Source of the DNA: Candidatus Gastranaerophilales bacterium
GTDB lineage: Bacteria; Cyanobacteriota; Vampirovibrionia; Gastranaerophilales; Gastranaerophilaceae
Assembly: GCA_944325095.1 (NCBI GenBank)
Contig: CALUYV010000001.1
Span: 1 to 63,793, forward strand
Direction of reading: 5' to 3'
DNA length: 63,793 nt
The notes under the pieces were generated by a model that saw nothing but the letters and a program-made list of their open reading frames with translations, did not search any database and was not told the DNA's origin. The position numbers and the translations under genes are program-made. The number at the start of each line of letters is the position of its first letter. Position 1 is the first letter of the stretch. Positions 38,723 through 47,485 of the stretch are shown here, in pieces.

Positions 38723-41700
38723 GTACCACAAAATTTAATTACAAATTTATAAAAGAAAATGCAAGTGCAGGCAGTTGGCGCCGTGGTTATGAATATCATA
38801 CGAAAGATATGGTATTTGATAATTATCCTGAAAAGAATTTCTATATGGGGAAAGTAAAAGGAAATTTTCAGGAGTATTATAATACAGATTTAATATTTAA
38901 AAAAAATAAAGTAGAAGCCCGCTGCAACTGCCCGTTGAAAGAGGAATGGTGCAAGCATGCGGTTGCTGTCGCATTAAAGGCAATTGATGAACATGCTTAC
39001 GAAGATTGGCTGGAAACAAAATTCGGAATGGAATTTGATTTTCCTGATGAAAATACCGCTTTGAAGGAAGAGCCGCAGGGAAGTTATATTTTTCATTTTA
39101 ATCCTAAAAGAAAGGCAAATTTCTTTTCAATTCTTGTGCGATCAAGAGAAACCGGAAAAATTGTACGGCAGATAGAGCCTATTTTGCGTGCGGTTATTGA
39201 AACCCAAAAACAATCTCCGGATTTTGAACTAAACAATTCGCAAAAAGTTGAAGTTTTGATATTCCAGCAGTTGCTCAAAATTTCAAGACAGGATAAAAAA
39301 GCCGGATGGTATGATATTCCTATATCAAAATTCGGCCCTATGTTTTCTCTTTTAGCCAAAGCTGATGAAGTTTTGGACGAAAAAACTAAAGAAAGATTAA
39401 AATTCACCGATGAAGAGTGGAAACTGGTATTGTATGTTAATACTTCCAATACTCCGGGGACGCTTTTGCTTTCTTTAGAGTGGCAAAGACCCGATGTTGA
39501 CGATGTATATCCGTTTGAAGAGGTTCGTTATTTTTCAAGGCATTTAAAATGGGGCAGGTACAAAAATATTATTTTCCCTACCAATGTTGCGATTCAAAAT
39601 ATTCCGCAGAATATTATTAAATCTTCATTTACCGATTTAAAAGATTCTGAATGCGGAAAATTTATTTATGAAGATTTGCCGAAACTTCAGGAGGTTATGG
39701 ATGTTGTTGTCGATGAAAAAATTTCTAAACTAATGCTTGAACAGCGTCCGCCTGTGAATGTTGTGACAATGGGTATAGATTATGATCAGTCATTAAAGGC
39801 GGTTTTGGATTTTGAATATGATGGTGTAAGAGTTCCGTATTCCAAAACTTCAAATGATAAAGCGCAGTATATTGCGATTAAAAAGCCTGATGAAGATTTG
39901 ATTTACTGGGTAAAACGCAATATTAAACATGAAAATGAAGCGTATGCTATGCTTTTGGCATGTAAATTTGTTCCTATGCAGACAAATAATCTTGCATTAG
40001 AAAAAGAGAATGCTATAGATTTTTATAATTATTATCTGAAACAGGCGGGTGATGGCTGGAGATTTGAAGAAAAAGATGACATGTCATTTTTCAAATTGTT
40101 AGATGAACCGTTCAGGTTATGTGCGAAAATAGACTTTTCCGAAGAGCAGCCTGATAGTTTTGATATAAGTATCTACGGGCAGGTTGGCGAAGAAATTATA
40201 AATTTTGATGAAATATATGAAACTATCCAGAGCGGAGAAAAATATGCGCGTATAAGAAGTCTTGGTTTTGTTGAATATCCGGCGCAGAATATTTATTCGA
40301 TGATGAGGTCATTTAACTCTTTTGATGTATATAGAAATCCGGATAATCGCTTTACAGTAAAAACATATCGTGCCGGTTTGATTAATGAACTCAAAAATCT
40401 GGATGTGGAATTGATTTTGAGCGACAGGTTCAAAACCTTCTGGGAACAGATGTCAACATTTTCAACTGTTGAAGATTTAAAACTTCCGGAAGGTATCCAT
40501 GCTGATTTCCGTGAATACCAGTTAAAAGGTTTCGGCTGGCTGTGGTTTATGTACAAATACGGTTTGAACGGTATTCTGGCTGATGATATGGGGCTTGGTA
40601 AAACCTTGCAGGCTTTAACGGTTTTGCAAAAAGCAAAAGAAGAGGACGGGGTTATGCCATCTCTTGTTATTGCACCGACAACGGTTGTGTTTAACTGGGA
40701 ATCCGAAATCCAGAAATTTGCTCCGACTCTTTCCTGTTTAAAATTGCAGGGCGGTGAAAGAAAACAATTTTTTGATAAAATTCCGGAGTATGATGTTGTA
40801 ATTACAAGTTATGCTTTATTGCGCCGTGATATTAAAAAGTTAAAAGATATCAATTTCAGATATGTTATTCTTGATGAGTCGCAAAATATTAAAAATGCAA
40901 CATCTCAAACTGCTCAGGCGGTAAAACAGTTAACTTCACAGCATAAACTTGCGCTGTCCGGAACTCCGATTGAAAATAAACTTGAGGAATTGTGGTCGGT
41001 ATTTGATTTTCTTATGCCGGGATTTTTATTTTCCATGGCGGATTTCAATTCAAGGTATGTTAATCCGATAATGGAACATCAGGATAAAATAGTTGAAAAA
41101 CGATTAAAATTACAGATTTATCCGTTTATTCTTCGTCGTATGAAGCGGGATGTTGCAAAAGATTTGCCGGATAAGGTTGAAAATATTGCATACTGTGAAT
41201 TAACAGATGACCAGAAAGATTTTTATTTACAGGTTCTTGACAGTACAAAAGAAGAATTGTTTAAATCTATTGAGCAGAATGGTCTTGAAAAGAGCAGATT
41301 GTCTATATTCTCTGCACTTCTCAGAATGCGCCAGATTTGCTGTCATCCGCAGTTATATGACAAAAACAATGTTAAAAATGTTATTTCTTCTGGTAAATTT
41401 GAAAAACTTAAAGGTATGCTTGAGGAAATTATTTCGGAAAAACACAGAATCTTATTATTCAGCCAGTTTGTTGATATGCTTGATATTATTAAAGCATGGC
41501 TTGATAAATCCGGTATTAAATATGAATATCTGACAGGAAAAACCAAAGATAGGCAGGGAGCAGTTGAAAGATTTAATAATGACCCGACTATCCCGATTTT
41601 CTTAATCAGTTTGAAAGCGGGCGGTACAGGTTTGAACTTGACCGGTGCGGATTATGTTATTCATTATGACCCGTGGTGGAATCCTGCTGTTGAAGATCAG

Positions 41701-41901
41701 GCAACAGACCGTGCTTATCGTATCGGACAGACCAAAAAGGTATTTGTATATAGACTTATTACCAAAAATACGGTTGAGGAAAAAATCCAAAAACTCAAAA
41801 CTATTAAAAGAAATCTTGTTGACAGCGTAATTTCTGTGGACAGAAATATTACAAAATCTCTCACAATGGATGATATCAGGGAAATTTTCTCTGTTGATTA
41901 A
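38719..41901 (+). CDS. SNF2-family helicase/ATPase with N-terminal SWIM zinc finger
   Basis: 1060 aa. SWIM motif CNCPLKEEWCKHAVAV, a long SNF2-associated middle region, helicase motifs LADDMGLGKT (I), ILDESQNIKN (II) and LSGTPIEN (III), and C-terminal LISLKAGGTGLNL...QATDRAYRIGQ. Confidence 0.85.
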   Translation: MSTTKFNYKFIKENASAGSWRRGYEYHTKDMVFDNYPEKNFYMGKVKGNFQEYYNTDLIFKKNKVEARCNCPLKEEWCKHAVAVALKAIDEHAYEDWLETKFGMEFDFPDENTALKEEPQGSYIFHFNPKRKANFFSILVRSRETGKIVRQIEPILRAVIETQKQSPDFELNNSQKVEVLIFQQLLKISRQDKKAGWYDIPISKFGPMFSLLAKADEVLDEKTKERLKFTDEEWKLVLYVNTSNTPGTLLLSLEWQRPDVDDVYPFEEVRYFSRHLKWGRYKNIIFPTNVAIQNIPQNIIKSSFTDLKDSECGKFIYEDLPKLQEVMDVVVDEKISKLMLEQRPPVNVVTMGIDYDQSLKAVLDFEYDGVRVPYSKTSNDKAQYIAIKKPDEDLIYWVKRNIKHENEAYAMLLACKFVPMQTNNLALEKENAIDFYNYYLKQAGDGWRFEEKDDMSFFKLLDEPFRLCAKIDFSEEQPDSFDISIYGQVGEEIINFDEIYETIQSGEKYARIRSLGFVEYPAQNIYSMMRSFNSFDVYRNPDNRFTVKTYRAGLINELKNLDVELILSDRFKTFWEQMSTFSTVEDLKLPEGIHADFREYQLKGFGWLWFMYKYGLNGILADDMGLGKTLQALTVLQKAKEEDGVMPSLVIAPTTVVFNWESEIQKFAPTLSCLKLQGGERKQFFDKIPEYDVVITSYALLRRDIKKLKDINFRYVILDESQNIKNATSQTAQAVKQLTSQHKLALSGTPIENKLEELWSVFDFLMPGFLFSMADFNSRYVNPIMEHQDKIVEKRLKLQIYPFILRRMKRDVAKDLPDKVENIAYCELTDDQKDFYLQVLDSTKEELFKSIEQNGLEKSRLSIFSALLRMRQICCHPQLYDKNNVKNVISSGKFEKLKGMLEEIISEKHRILLFSQFVDMLDIIKAWLDKSGIKYEYLTGKTKDRQGAVERFNNDPTIPIFLISLKAGGTGLNLTGADYVIHYDPWWNPAVEDQATDRAYRIGQTKKVFVYRLITKNTVEEKIQKLKTIKRNLVDSVISVDRNITKSLTMDDIREIFSVD

Positions 41902-41983
41902 TTTTATCTAAAATCATTCTTTATATAATGTTACAAAGTAGCAAATTTATTTTTTTAGGGGTTATTATAATATCGGTGAAAGA

Positions 41984-42190
41984 ATGAAAGTATTTAAAAT
42001 TATAAACTCCGACATATCAGGCGGTATAAGAAAATTAAACAAATCTATAAACTCATTGAGTTCTAAAGCAGACACTCTCATGGAAAACAAAACAAAAGTT
42101 ACCGGTTTACTGCCAAATTCAATGAAAAAATGTAACGGCACCGGTATAACTGTTCCGCAGATGATAGATTTGATTTTGCGTAATATATAA
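41984..42190 (+). CDS. hypothetical small protein
   Basis: 68-aa ORF between the SNF2 gene and the HEPN/MNT modules. Weak SD (GGTGA) and no motif recognised. Confidence 0.3.
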   Translation: MKVFKIINSDISGGIRKLNKSINSLSSKADTLMENKTKVTGLLPNSMKKCNGTGITVPQMIDLILRNI

Positions 42191-42226
42191 AGATTCAGCA
42201 GAGTATAAATTTTGTCCTATTGTGTT

Positions 42227-42508
42227 TTAAATTTTAACCAGACTATTTTCAATTAGTTTGTAAAATTTTTTATCAATAGAATTATAATTTGTAAAATTTA
42301 CAATATACGGCAGTGAACTCATATCAAATCTTTGTTTTAATTCGGGTAAAATCCGGTCATAATTATCTGATTTTACAAGAATATCCAAATCCGATAGAGA
42401 TGAAAAATCTCCGTTGACTCTTGAGCCGTAAGCATAGAATTCTCCCGTGTAATTGTTCAGGATATTTTTTATGATGGAATATTCCTTTTCTGTAACACCT
42501 TTAATCAT
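42227..42508 (-). CDS. minimal nucleotidyltransferase (MNT, HI0073-like), putative antitoxin, copy 1
   Basis: 93 aa with the GS-x(n)-DxD motif YGSRVNGDFSSLSDLDILV. Overlaps the upstream HEPN gene by 8 nt. The C-terminus IENSLVKI is shared with copy 2. Confidence 0.8.
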   Translation of the reverse strand: MIKGVTEKEYSIIKNILNNYTGEFYAYGSRVNGDFSSLSDLDILVKSDNYDRILPELKQRFDMSSLPYIVNFTNYNSIDKKFYKLIENSLVKI

Positions 42509-42908
42509 CTAATTTAGTTTCCAGATTTTTAATAAAAATATCATTATCTTGAATAAACTGCGGAATAATTGTTAATAATTCTCTCGATTTTTCAAGACTG
42601 TATTCATGTGCGGTATTATTTCTTTTCTCGTAGTAACTGCGCCAATTCTCCCAGTTCGGAATAAAACTATACCCCTGCATAAATCTGAAAATATTGTTTA
42701 CGGTCAATTCTTCTTCCGATTTTCCGTATATTTTTTTCAAAACTCTTTTCATCATTTTTCTTGCAATTTCAAGAGTATATTCAAATCTTTTTATACAGGA
42801 GTCTTCAAGCATATCTGCAAAATCGCAGTGTTTATTTGCTTCAAGTTTCTGCATGCTTATTTTTAGTGTTTCCTGTGCTGATTTTAAATTAGTAATATCT
42901 ATTGGCAT
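42501..42908 (-). CDS. HEPN-domain protein, HI0074 family (nucleotidyltransferase substrate-binding protein), putative toxin, copy 1
   Basis: 135 aa. Family signatures IKRFEYTLEIARKMMKRVL and R-x4-H (EKRNNTAHEY). Confidence 0.8.
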   Translation of the reverse strand: MPIDITNLKSAQETLKISMQKLEANKHCDFADMLEDSCIKRFEYTLEIARKMMKRVLKKIYGKSEEELTVNNIFRFMQGYSFIPNWENWRSYYEKRNNTAHEYSLEKSRELLTIIPQFIQDNDIFIKNLETKLDD

Positions 42909-42914
42909 AACTTG

Positions 42915-42943
42915 ATATTAGCATATTGTAATATGTTTTGCAA
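42915..42943 (-). promoter_or_regulatory. promoter of HEPN/MNT module 1 (TTGCAA-17-TAATAT, with the -10 box 6 nt from the ATG)
   Basis: The minus strand reads TTGCAA aacatattacaatatgc TAATAT caagtt ATG. The spacer contains the inverted repeat CATATT-ac-AATATG. Confidence 0.55.
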
Positions 42944-42975
42944 TTCTTATATAACTACAGGCAGAATTTGGCAGC

Positions 42976-43263
42976 CTATATTTTAACCAGACTATTTTCA
43001 ATATGGTTTTTGAAAGTTTCGGAAATATTATTCAAATCAGCAATATCAACTTCATAGGGCAGGGTAGAATTTTCAAATTCATTTTGAATTTTAAGGAGTA
43101 TATTTTCGTTTAAATTTTTGCTGTCTAATGCAATATCTATATCCGAATATTCTTTTGCGGTTCCTTTCACTCTTGAACCGAAAAGATAAATTTTACAATC
43201 CGGCAGATATTTTGTAATTTTTTCTTTTATAAAAGTGATATATTTTGTGTCAAGATTAATCAT
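42976..43263 (-). CDS. minimal nucleotidyltransferase (MNT, HI0073-like), putative antitoxin, copy 2
   Basis: 95 aa with motif FGSRVKGTAKEYSDIDIAL. ATGA overlap with the upstream HEPN gene. Confidence 0.8.
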   Translation of the reverse strand: MINLDTKYITFIKEKITKYLPDCKIYLFGSRVKGTAKEYSDIDIALDSKNLNENILLKIQNEFENSTLPYEVDIADLNNISETFKNHIENSLVKI

Positions 43264-43652
43264 AAGTGTTTTTTTAATTTATTTAACAGGAATTTTGCAT
43301 CTTGTTGAAAATCTTTAACTACATTGACAACAGAATTTGCAATGGATTCCTCATAAGTATGCGAAGTTAAGTTTCTTTTTTGTCTGTATTCAGTCCATTT
43401 TTCCAGATTAGATAATAGCAGCCCCATCTGGTTTGCTTTTCTGATAGTTTCGTTAAAAGTTAAAGAATCCGGCAAATCAATTGCCTGACTTTGTAAAAAT
43501 CGAGTGAGCATTTTTATGCTCAGAGAATATGTATATTCAAATCTTTGTATTACCGCATCGCGTATTGCGGTATCATTTTTTTCTCTGTCATAACGCTCGA
43601 TAATTTCATCCAGTGTTTTTAAGGCTTTTTCAAAAGATGTTAAATCAATCAT
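43260..43652 (-). CDS. HEPN-domain protein, HI0074 family, putative toxin, copy 2
   Basis: 130 aa. Signatures IQRFEYTYSLSIKMLTRFL and R-x4-H (QKRNLTSHTYEE). Confidence 0.8.
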   Translation of the reverse strand: MIDLTSFEKALKTLDEIIERYDREKNDTAIRDAVIQRFEYTYSLSIKMLTRFLQSQAIDLPDSLTFNETIRKANQMGLLLSNLEKWTEYRQKRNLTSHTYEESIANSVVNVVKDFQQDAKFLLNKLKKHL

Positions 43653-43658
43653 AGTTTG

Positions 43659-43688
43659 ATATTAGCATATTGTTGCAGGTTTTGCAAT
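43659..43688 (-). promoter_or_regulatory. promoter of HEPN/MNT module 2 (TTGCAA-17-TAATAT, with the -10 box 6 nt from the ATG)
   Basis: The minus strand reads TTGCAA aacctgcaacaatatgc TAATAT caaact ATG. It shares an identical 18-nt block (ttgatattagcatattgt on the plus strand) with the module 1 promoter. Coordinates are hand-counted, +/-1 nt. Confidence 0.55.
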
Positions 43689-43762
43689 TTATAAATCATT
43701 ATACATTGTTTCTTTTGGATTTTATTATTGAACTCGGGCGGTTTTTGTAATAAATTAGGAGT

Positions 43763-44905
43763 ATGTATGAGGATTATAAAAATATACTAAGTGAGTTAAA
43801 ATCTCATTCCCATTTTAGAGTATTAAAACATTTTGCAGATAAAGACGAAAAATTCATTTATTACAAAGGTAAAAAATTATTGAATTTATCTTCAAATAAC
43901 TATTTGAATTTTGCTGATAATGTTCAAATAACCGGAGAATTTTTGGATTATGCCGGTAAAAAATATTCTTTGGGCAGTGCATCTTCAAGACTTTTGACCG
44001 GGACATTGCCTGTATATGATGAATTAGAAACCTTGCTGGCTGATTTATACGGAAAAGAGGCTGCGCTTTTGTATAACAGCGGTTATCACGCAAATGTCGG
44101 TATTTCCAGTGCATTGAATAAAAAGGGAGATGTTGTATTTTCTGACAAACTTAATCACGCAAGTATAATTGACGGAATGCAATTATCACAGGGAAAATTT
44201 TTCAGATATCCTCATAATGATATGGAAGCACTGGAAAATCTGCTTATCCGTGAACGTGAAAATTATAATAATGCTTTTATAATTACCGAAAGTGTTTTTT
44301 CAATGGACGGTGATATTGCCGATTTGGAAAAAATTGTTGAACTTAAAAAGAAATATAACTGCGGTTTGATTATTGATGAAGCGCATGCATTCGGAGTCTT
44401 TGGCGAAAAAGGGCTCGGTGTTGCGGAAGAAACCGGTTTGATTGATGATATTGATTTAATTGTCGGAACTTTTGGCAAAGCGGTCGGTTCGATGGGGGCT
44501 TTTGCAGTCGGCTCAGGTGTTTTAATTGATTTTCTTATAAATAAATCCCGTTCGTTTATTTTTTCTACCGCACTTCCGCCGATAAATATTGCATTTTCAA
44601 AATGGATTATTGAAACAAAGTTTCCAAAAACATTAAAAAATCGCAGAAGAATGCTTGAAATTGCCAAAAACATGGGCGGCAAAAGTCATATAATTCCTGT
44701 AATAGTCGGGGAAAATAAAGATACGGTTGATTTGTGCGAGGTTTTATTTCATAACGGATATTTTACGCTTCCTATAAGACCGCCGACTGTTCCTGCGGGA
44801 ACTTCAAGAATAAGATTATCGCTTACTTGTGAGATTGAAGAAGAAGAACTCAGGATATTGAAGGAGAAAATTTGTGAAAGCACACTGGTTAAACAGGCAG
44901 AATAA
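43763..44905 (+). CDS. bioF: 8-amino-7-oxononanoate synthase
   Basis: 380-aa PLP-dependent alpha-oxoamine synthase. Motifs GSASSRLLTG, SDKLNHASIIDG, DEAHAFGVFG and the PLP-lysine context GTFGKAVGS. AGGAG SD. Confidence 0.85.
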   Translation: MYEDYKNILSELKSHSHFRVLKHFADKDEKFIYYKGKKLLNLSSNNYLNFADNVQITGEFLDYAGKKYSLGSASSRLLTGTLPVYDELETLLADLYGKEAALLYNSGYHANVGISSALNKKGDVVFSDKLNHASIIDGMQLSQGKFFRYPHNDMEALENLLIRERENYNNAFIITESVFSMDGDIADLEKIVELKKKYNCGLIIDEAHAFGVFGEKGLGVAEETGLIDDIDLIVGTFGKAVGSMGAFAVGSGVLIDFLINKSRSFIFSTALPPINIAFSKWIIETKFPKTLKNRRRMLEIAKNMGGKSHIIPVIVGENKDTVDLCEVLFHNGYFTLPIRPPTVPAGTSRIRLSLTCEIEEEELRILKEKICESTLVKQAE

Positions 44906-45554
44906 CAAAAATCTAATAGTTTTTTTTGCAGGCTGGAGTTTTGATTATAATCCGTTCTGCAACCACCCTGAATGCGGGGATAATGACTTGCTTATGATTT
45001 ATGATTATAACAATATGGATATTCCTGACGAATTAAAAACTCTGCATAATTACGAATCAAAAATCCTTGCTGCATGGTCAATGGGTGTTTTTACCGCATA
45101 TTTAAACAGAGTTTTGTTTGAGGATTTTAATAAAAAAATTGCTGTTAACGGAACAATTACACCTGTAGATGACAAATTTGGCATTCCTGTTAAAATTTTT
45201 GAGTTGACTTTAAAACATGCAGCATCAGGTTTAGGCGGCAAGTTTTATAAAAATGTTTTTCAAACACTCAAGGAGTATGAAGAGTATTTAAAAAATCCGG
45301 TGCAGCGGAGTATAGAAAACAGAGTGGAAGAACTTAAAAATTTATATGATTTGATTAGGCAGCAGCCGGCAGATTTTGACGGGGAAAAATTTTATGATTG
45401 TGCGGTGGTATGTCAAAATGATAAAATTATTCCTTCTGCAAATCAGTCAGCGAGCCACAATAAGAATAATGTTCCGGTGATTTCTCTTGATTGCGGGCAT
45501 TTTCCTTTTTACAATTTTTCTAAATGGGATGAGATTATTGAATTATGCCGGTAG
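44874..45554 (+). CDS. bioG: pimeloyl-ACP methyl ester esterase BioG (DUF452)
   Basis: Strong by-eye similarity to Haemophilus BioG as I recall it: LIVFFAGWS, ILAAWSMGVF (nucleophile elbow) and AVNGTITPVDDKFGIP. GTG start overlapping bioF by 32 nt. Confidence 0.8.
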   Translation: MKAHWLNRQNNKNLIVFFAGWSFDYNPFCNHPECGDNDLLMIYDYNNMDIPDELKTLHNYESKILAAWSMGVFTAYLNRVLFEDFNKKIAVNGTITPVDDKFGIPVKIFELTLKHAASGLGGKFYKNVFQTLKEYEEYLKNPVQRSIENRVEELKNLYDLIRQQPADFDGEKFYDCAVVCQNDKIIPSANQSASHNKNNVPVISLDCGHFPFYNFSKWDEIIELCR

Positions 45555-46312
45555 ATTTTAAACATGTAAAAAAACAATTTGAAAAAAGTATGGCAGATTA
45601 TGATAATAATGCTGTAGTTCAGGAGTTGATGGCATCTAAAATGATGGGTGAACTTTGTAAAATTTCACCCGAATACGAAAATATACTCGAAATAGGAACC
45701 GGTACAGGACTTTTAACAAAATATATTGTCCGAAATTTGAAATATAAACATTATTACGGTAATGATATTGTTGAAAAATCTAAGGAATATGTTAAAAAAG
45801 TTATTCCGCAGGCTGATTTTATCTATGGAAATGCTATGAAAATAAAACGGGACAGAAAATTTGATTTGATTATTTCGAATGCGGTTTTTCAGTGGTTTGA
45901 AAATTTTGAGAAGTTATTAAATATATTATCCTGTATGATGATGCCTGATGGAATTATTGCGTTTTCAACATTTTCTCCGGAAAATTTCCAGGAAATATCA
46001 AATGTATCCGGATTATCTTTAAACTATAAGTCAAAAGATGAGTTGGTTTGTATTCTGAATAAACTCGGGTTTGAAGTCCTTTATGCTGATGGATTTTGCA
46101 AAGAATTGAAATTTAATAATCCTCTTGAAATGCTGGTGCATTTGAAAAAAACGGGTGTAAATTCGCTGTCTGATAAAATCTGGTCGCTGAAACATATAAA
46201 AGGTTTCTGTGAAAAATATAATGAAAAATATCCGCAGACAGTATTAACTTATTCTCCGATAGTAATAATTGCCCGTTTAAATGCCAATCCAGTTAAGGTA
46301 TCCGATAATTAA
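45545..46312 (+). CDS. bioC: malonyl-ACP O-methyltransferase
   Basis: Class I SAM methyltransferase with motif I LEIGTGTGLLT. Bio-operon context and a 10-nt overlap with bioG. Confidence 0.8.
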   Translation: MPVDFKHVKKQFEKSMADYDNNAVVQELMASKMMGELCKISPEYENILEIGTGTGLLTKYIVRNLKYKHYYGNDIVEKSKEYVKKVIPQADFIYGNAMKIKRDRKFDLIISNAVFQWFENFEKLLNILSCMMMPDGIIAFSTFSPENFQEISNVSGLSLNYKSKDELVCILNKLGFEVLYADGFCKELKFNNPLEMLVHLKKTGVNSLSDKIWSLKHIKGFCEKYNEKYPQTVLTYSPIVIIARLNANPVKVSDN

Positions 46313-46816
46313 TCCGGCAGCGGCAGTAATTGCAAGATATAATAGCGGATCCAGTTTTTTGACAAAACTTGTAATAATCAATGCTATTAATATTAGCGTT
46401 CCGAATAAATGAAGATTTGAAGTAAAAAGTAGTTTTATCCCGACAGAAGTCAATAGTGCACATCCGGCAGGCTTTATTGCTCTTATTGCCCCTTTTACCA
46501 TCCGGTTTGTTTTGAATTTTTCAAGAGTTTTGGAAACAATAGTTACTATTATAAATGACGGCAGAATGACCGCTGTTGTTGCAAGTACAGAACCTAAAAC
46601 CCCGCCGCTGTTAAAGCCTGCAAAAGTTGCAACATTCACTCCGACAGGCCCCGGTGTGATTGATGATACTGCAAGCATATTTGTTAGTTCAGAAGGTGAA
46701 TACCAGTGGAATTTATCCGCTATTTCATATAAAAACGGCATAGTTGCGTACCCGCCGCCAAAAGAAAAAATGCCGATTTGGAAAAATTGCCAGAATAATT
46801 GTAAATACAACATCAT
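46277..46816 (-). CDS. chromate transporter (ChrA short-chain family), second subunit
   Basis: 179 aa. The FSFGGGYATMPF motif and hydrophobic profile are typical of CHR half-size proteins. 4-nt overlap with the upstream partner. Confidence 0.8.
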   Translation of the reverse strand: MMLYLQLFWQFFQIGIFSFGGGYATMPFLYEIADKFHWYSPSELTNMLAVSSITPGPVGVNVATFAGFNSGGVLGSVLATTAVILPSFIIVTIVSKTLEKFKTNRMVKGAIRAIKPAGCALLTSVGIKLLFTSNLHLFGTLILIALIITSFVKKLDPLLYLAITAAAGLIIGYLNWIGI

Positions 46817-47376
46817 TCACAATCCTTTCTTACATTTTTTCTATCTTCATATTTTTGCCAGAATATTCCGACTACAAGCGATGTAATTATGATTATCGGA
46901 AGCGGGATTTTTCCGCTGAGCGCGGCAATAAGTGCAACAGAATATATCACCAGTGAAAATTTATCGTTAACAGCATTTGTCCACATTTCTTTAACTGCTA
47001 AAAATAAAAGAACAATTACTCCTATTCCTACTCCCCAGAAAATGTATTGTATTGCCGGAATGTTTACTATTGCACTAAACAGATATGCCAGCATTATTAT
47101 GGCTAAGTATGCCGGTAATACCATTCCGGTAACGGCAGCAACTGCACCTTGTGTTCCAAGCAATTTTCTTCCTGTAAATATAGCTGTGTTTGCAGCGATA
47201 ATTCCGGGTAATGCCGCACCGAGTGCATAATACTCACAAAGTTCTTCAGAAGTTATCCATTTTTTCTTTTCAACAAGTTCGCTTGTTAAAAGGGGCAGTA
47301 TTACATAGCCTCCGCCAAGAAGCATTGTCCCGACTTTGAAAAAAGTTTTGAATATTGAGTAAAAATTTTTATCCAT
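46813..47376 (-). CDS. chromate transporter (ChrA short-chain family), first subunit
   Basis: 187 aa with motif GTMLLGGGYVILPLL, paired with the downstream half-size paralog. Confidence 0.8.
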   Translation of the reverse strand: MDKNFYSIFKTFFKVGTMLLGGGYVILPLLTSELVEKKKWITSEELCEYYALGAALPGIIAANTAIFTGRKLLGTQGAVAAVTGMVLPAYLAIIMLAYLFSAIVNIPAIQYIFWGVGIGVIVLLFLAVKEMWTNAVNDKFSLVIYSVALIAALSGKIPLPIIIITSLVVGIFWQKYEDRKNVRKDCE

Positions 47377-47440
47377 ACTATTATTTTACCTGATAAAAAT
47401 CTTTTGTGGGGCTTATTTAGTAAAAATATGTAAAGAAATA

Positions 47441-47471
47441 AAAACCGGAAGATAATTTATCTTCCGGTTTT
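47441..47471 (-). terminator. intrinsic terminator after the 702-aa gene
   Basis: Perfect 13-bp stem aaaaccggaagat / atcttccggtttt with a 5-nt loop. On the minus strand it runs into a T-rich stretch, 15 nt after the stop. Confidence 0.7.
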
Positions 47472-47485
47472 ATTCAATATCTTTA

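Noticed and set aside
42912-43674. The repeated 18-nt block (ttgatattagcatattgt) as a CRISPR-like or MITE repeat.
   Set aside because: There are only two copies. Each sits at the same position relative to a HEPN start codon, which is better explained as a duplicated promoter.
46277-47376. Two half-size chromate-transporter ORFs as a frameshifted chrA pseudogene.
   Set aside because: Each half has its own GGGY-type motif and start codon, and they overlap by 4 nt. This matches the known paired short-chain CHR arrangement (for example B. subtilis YwrA/YwrB).
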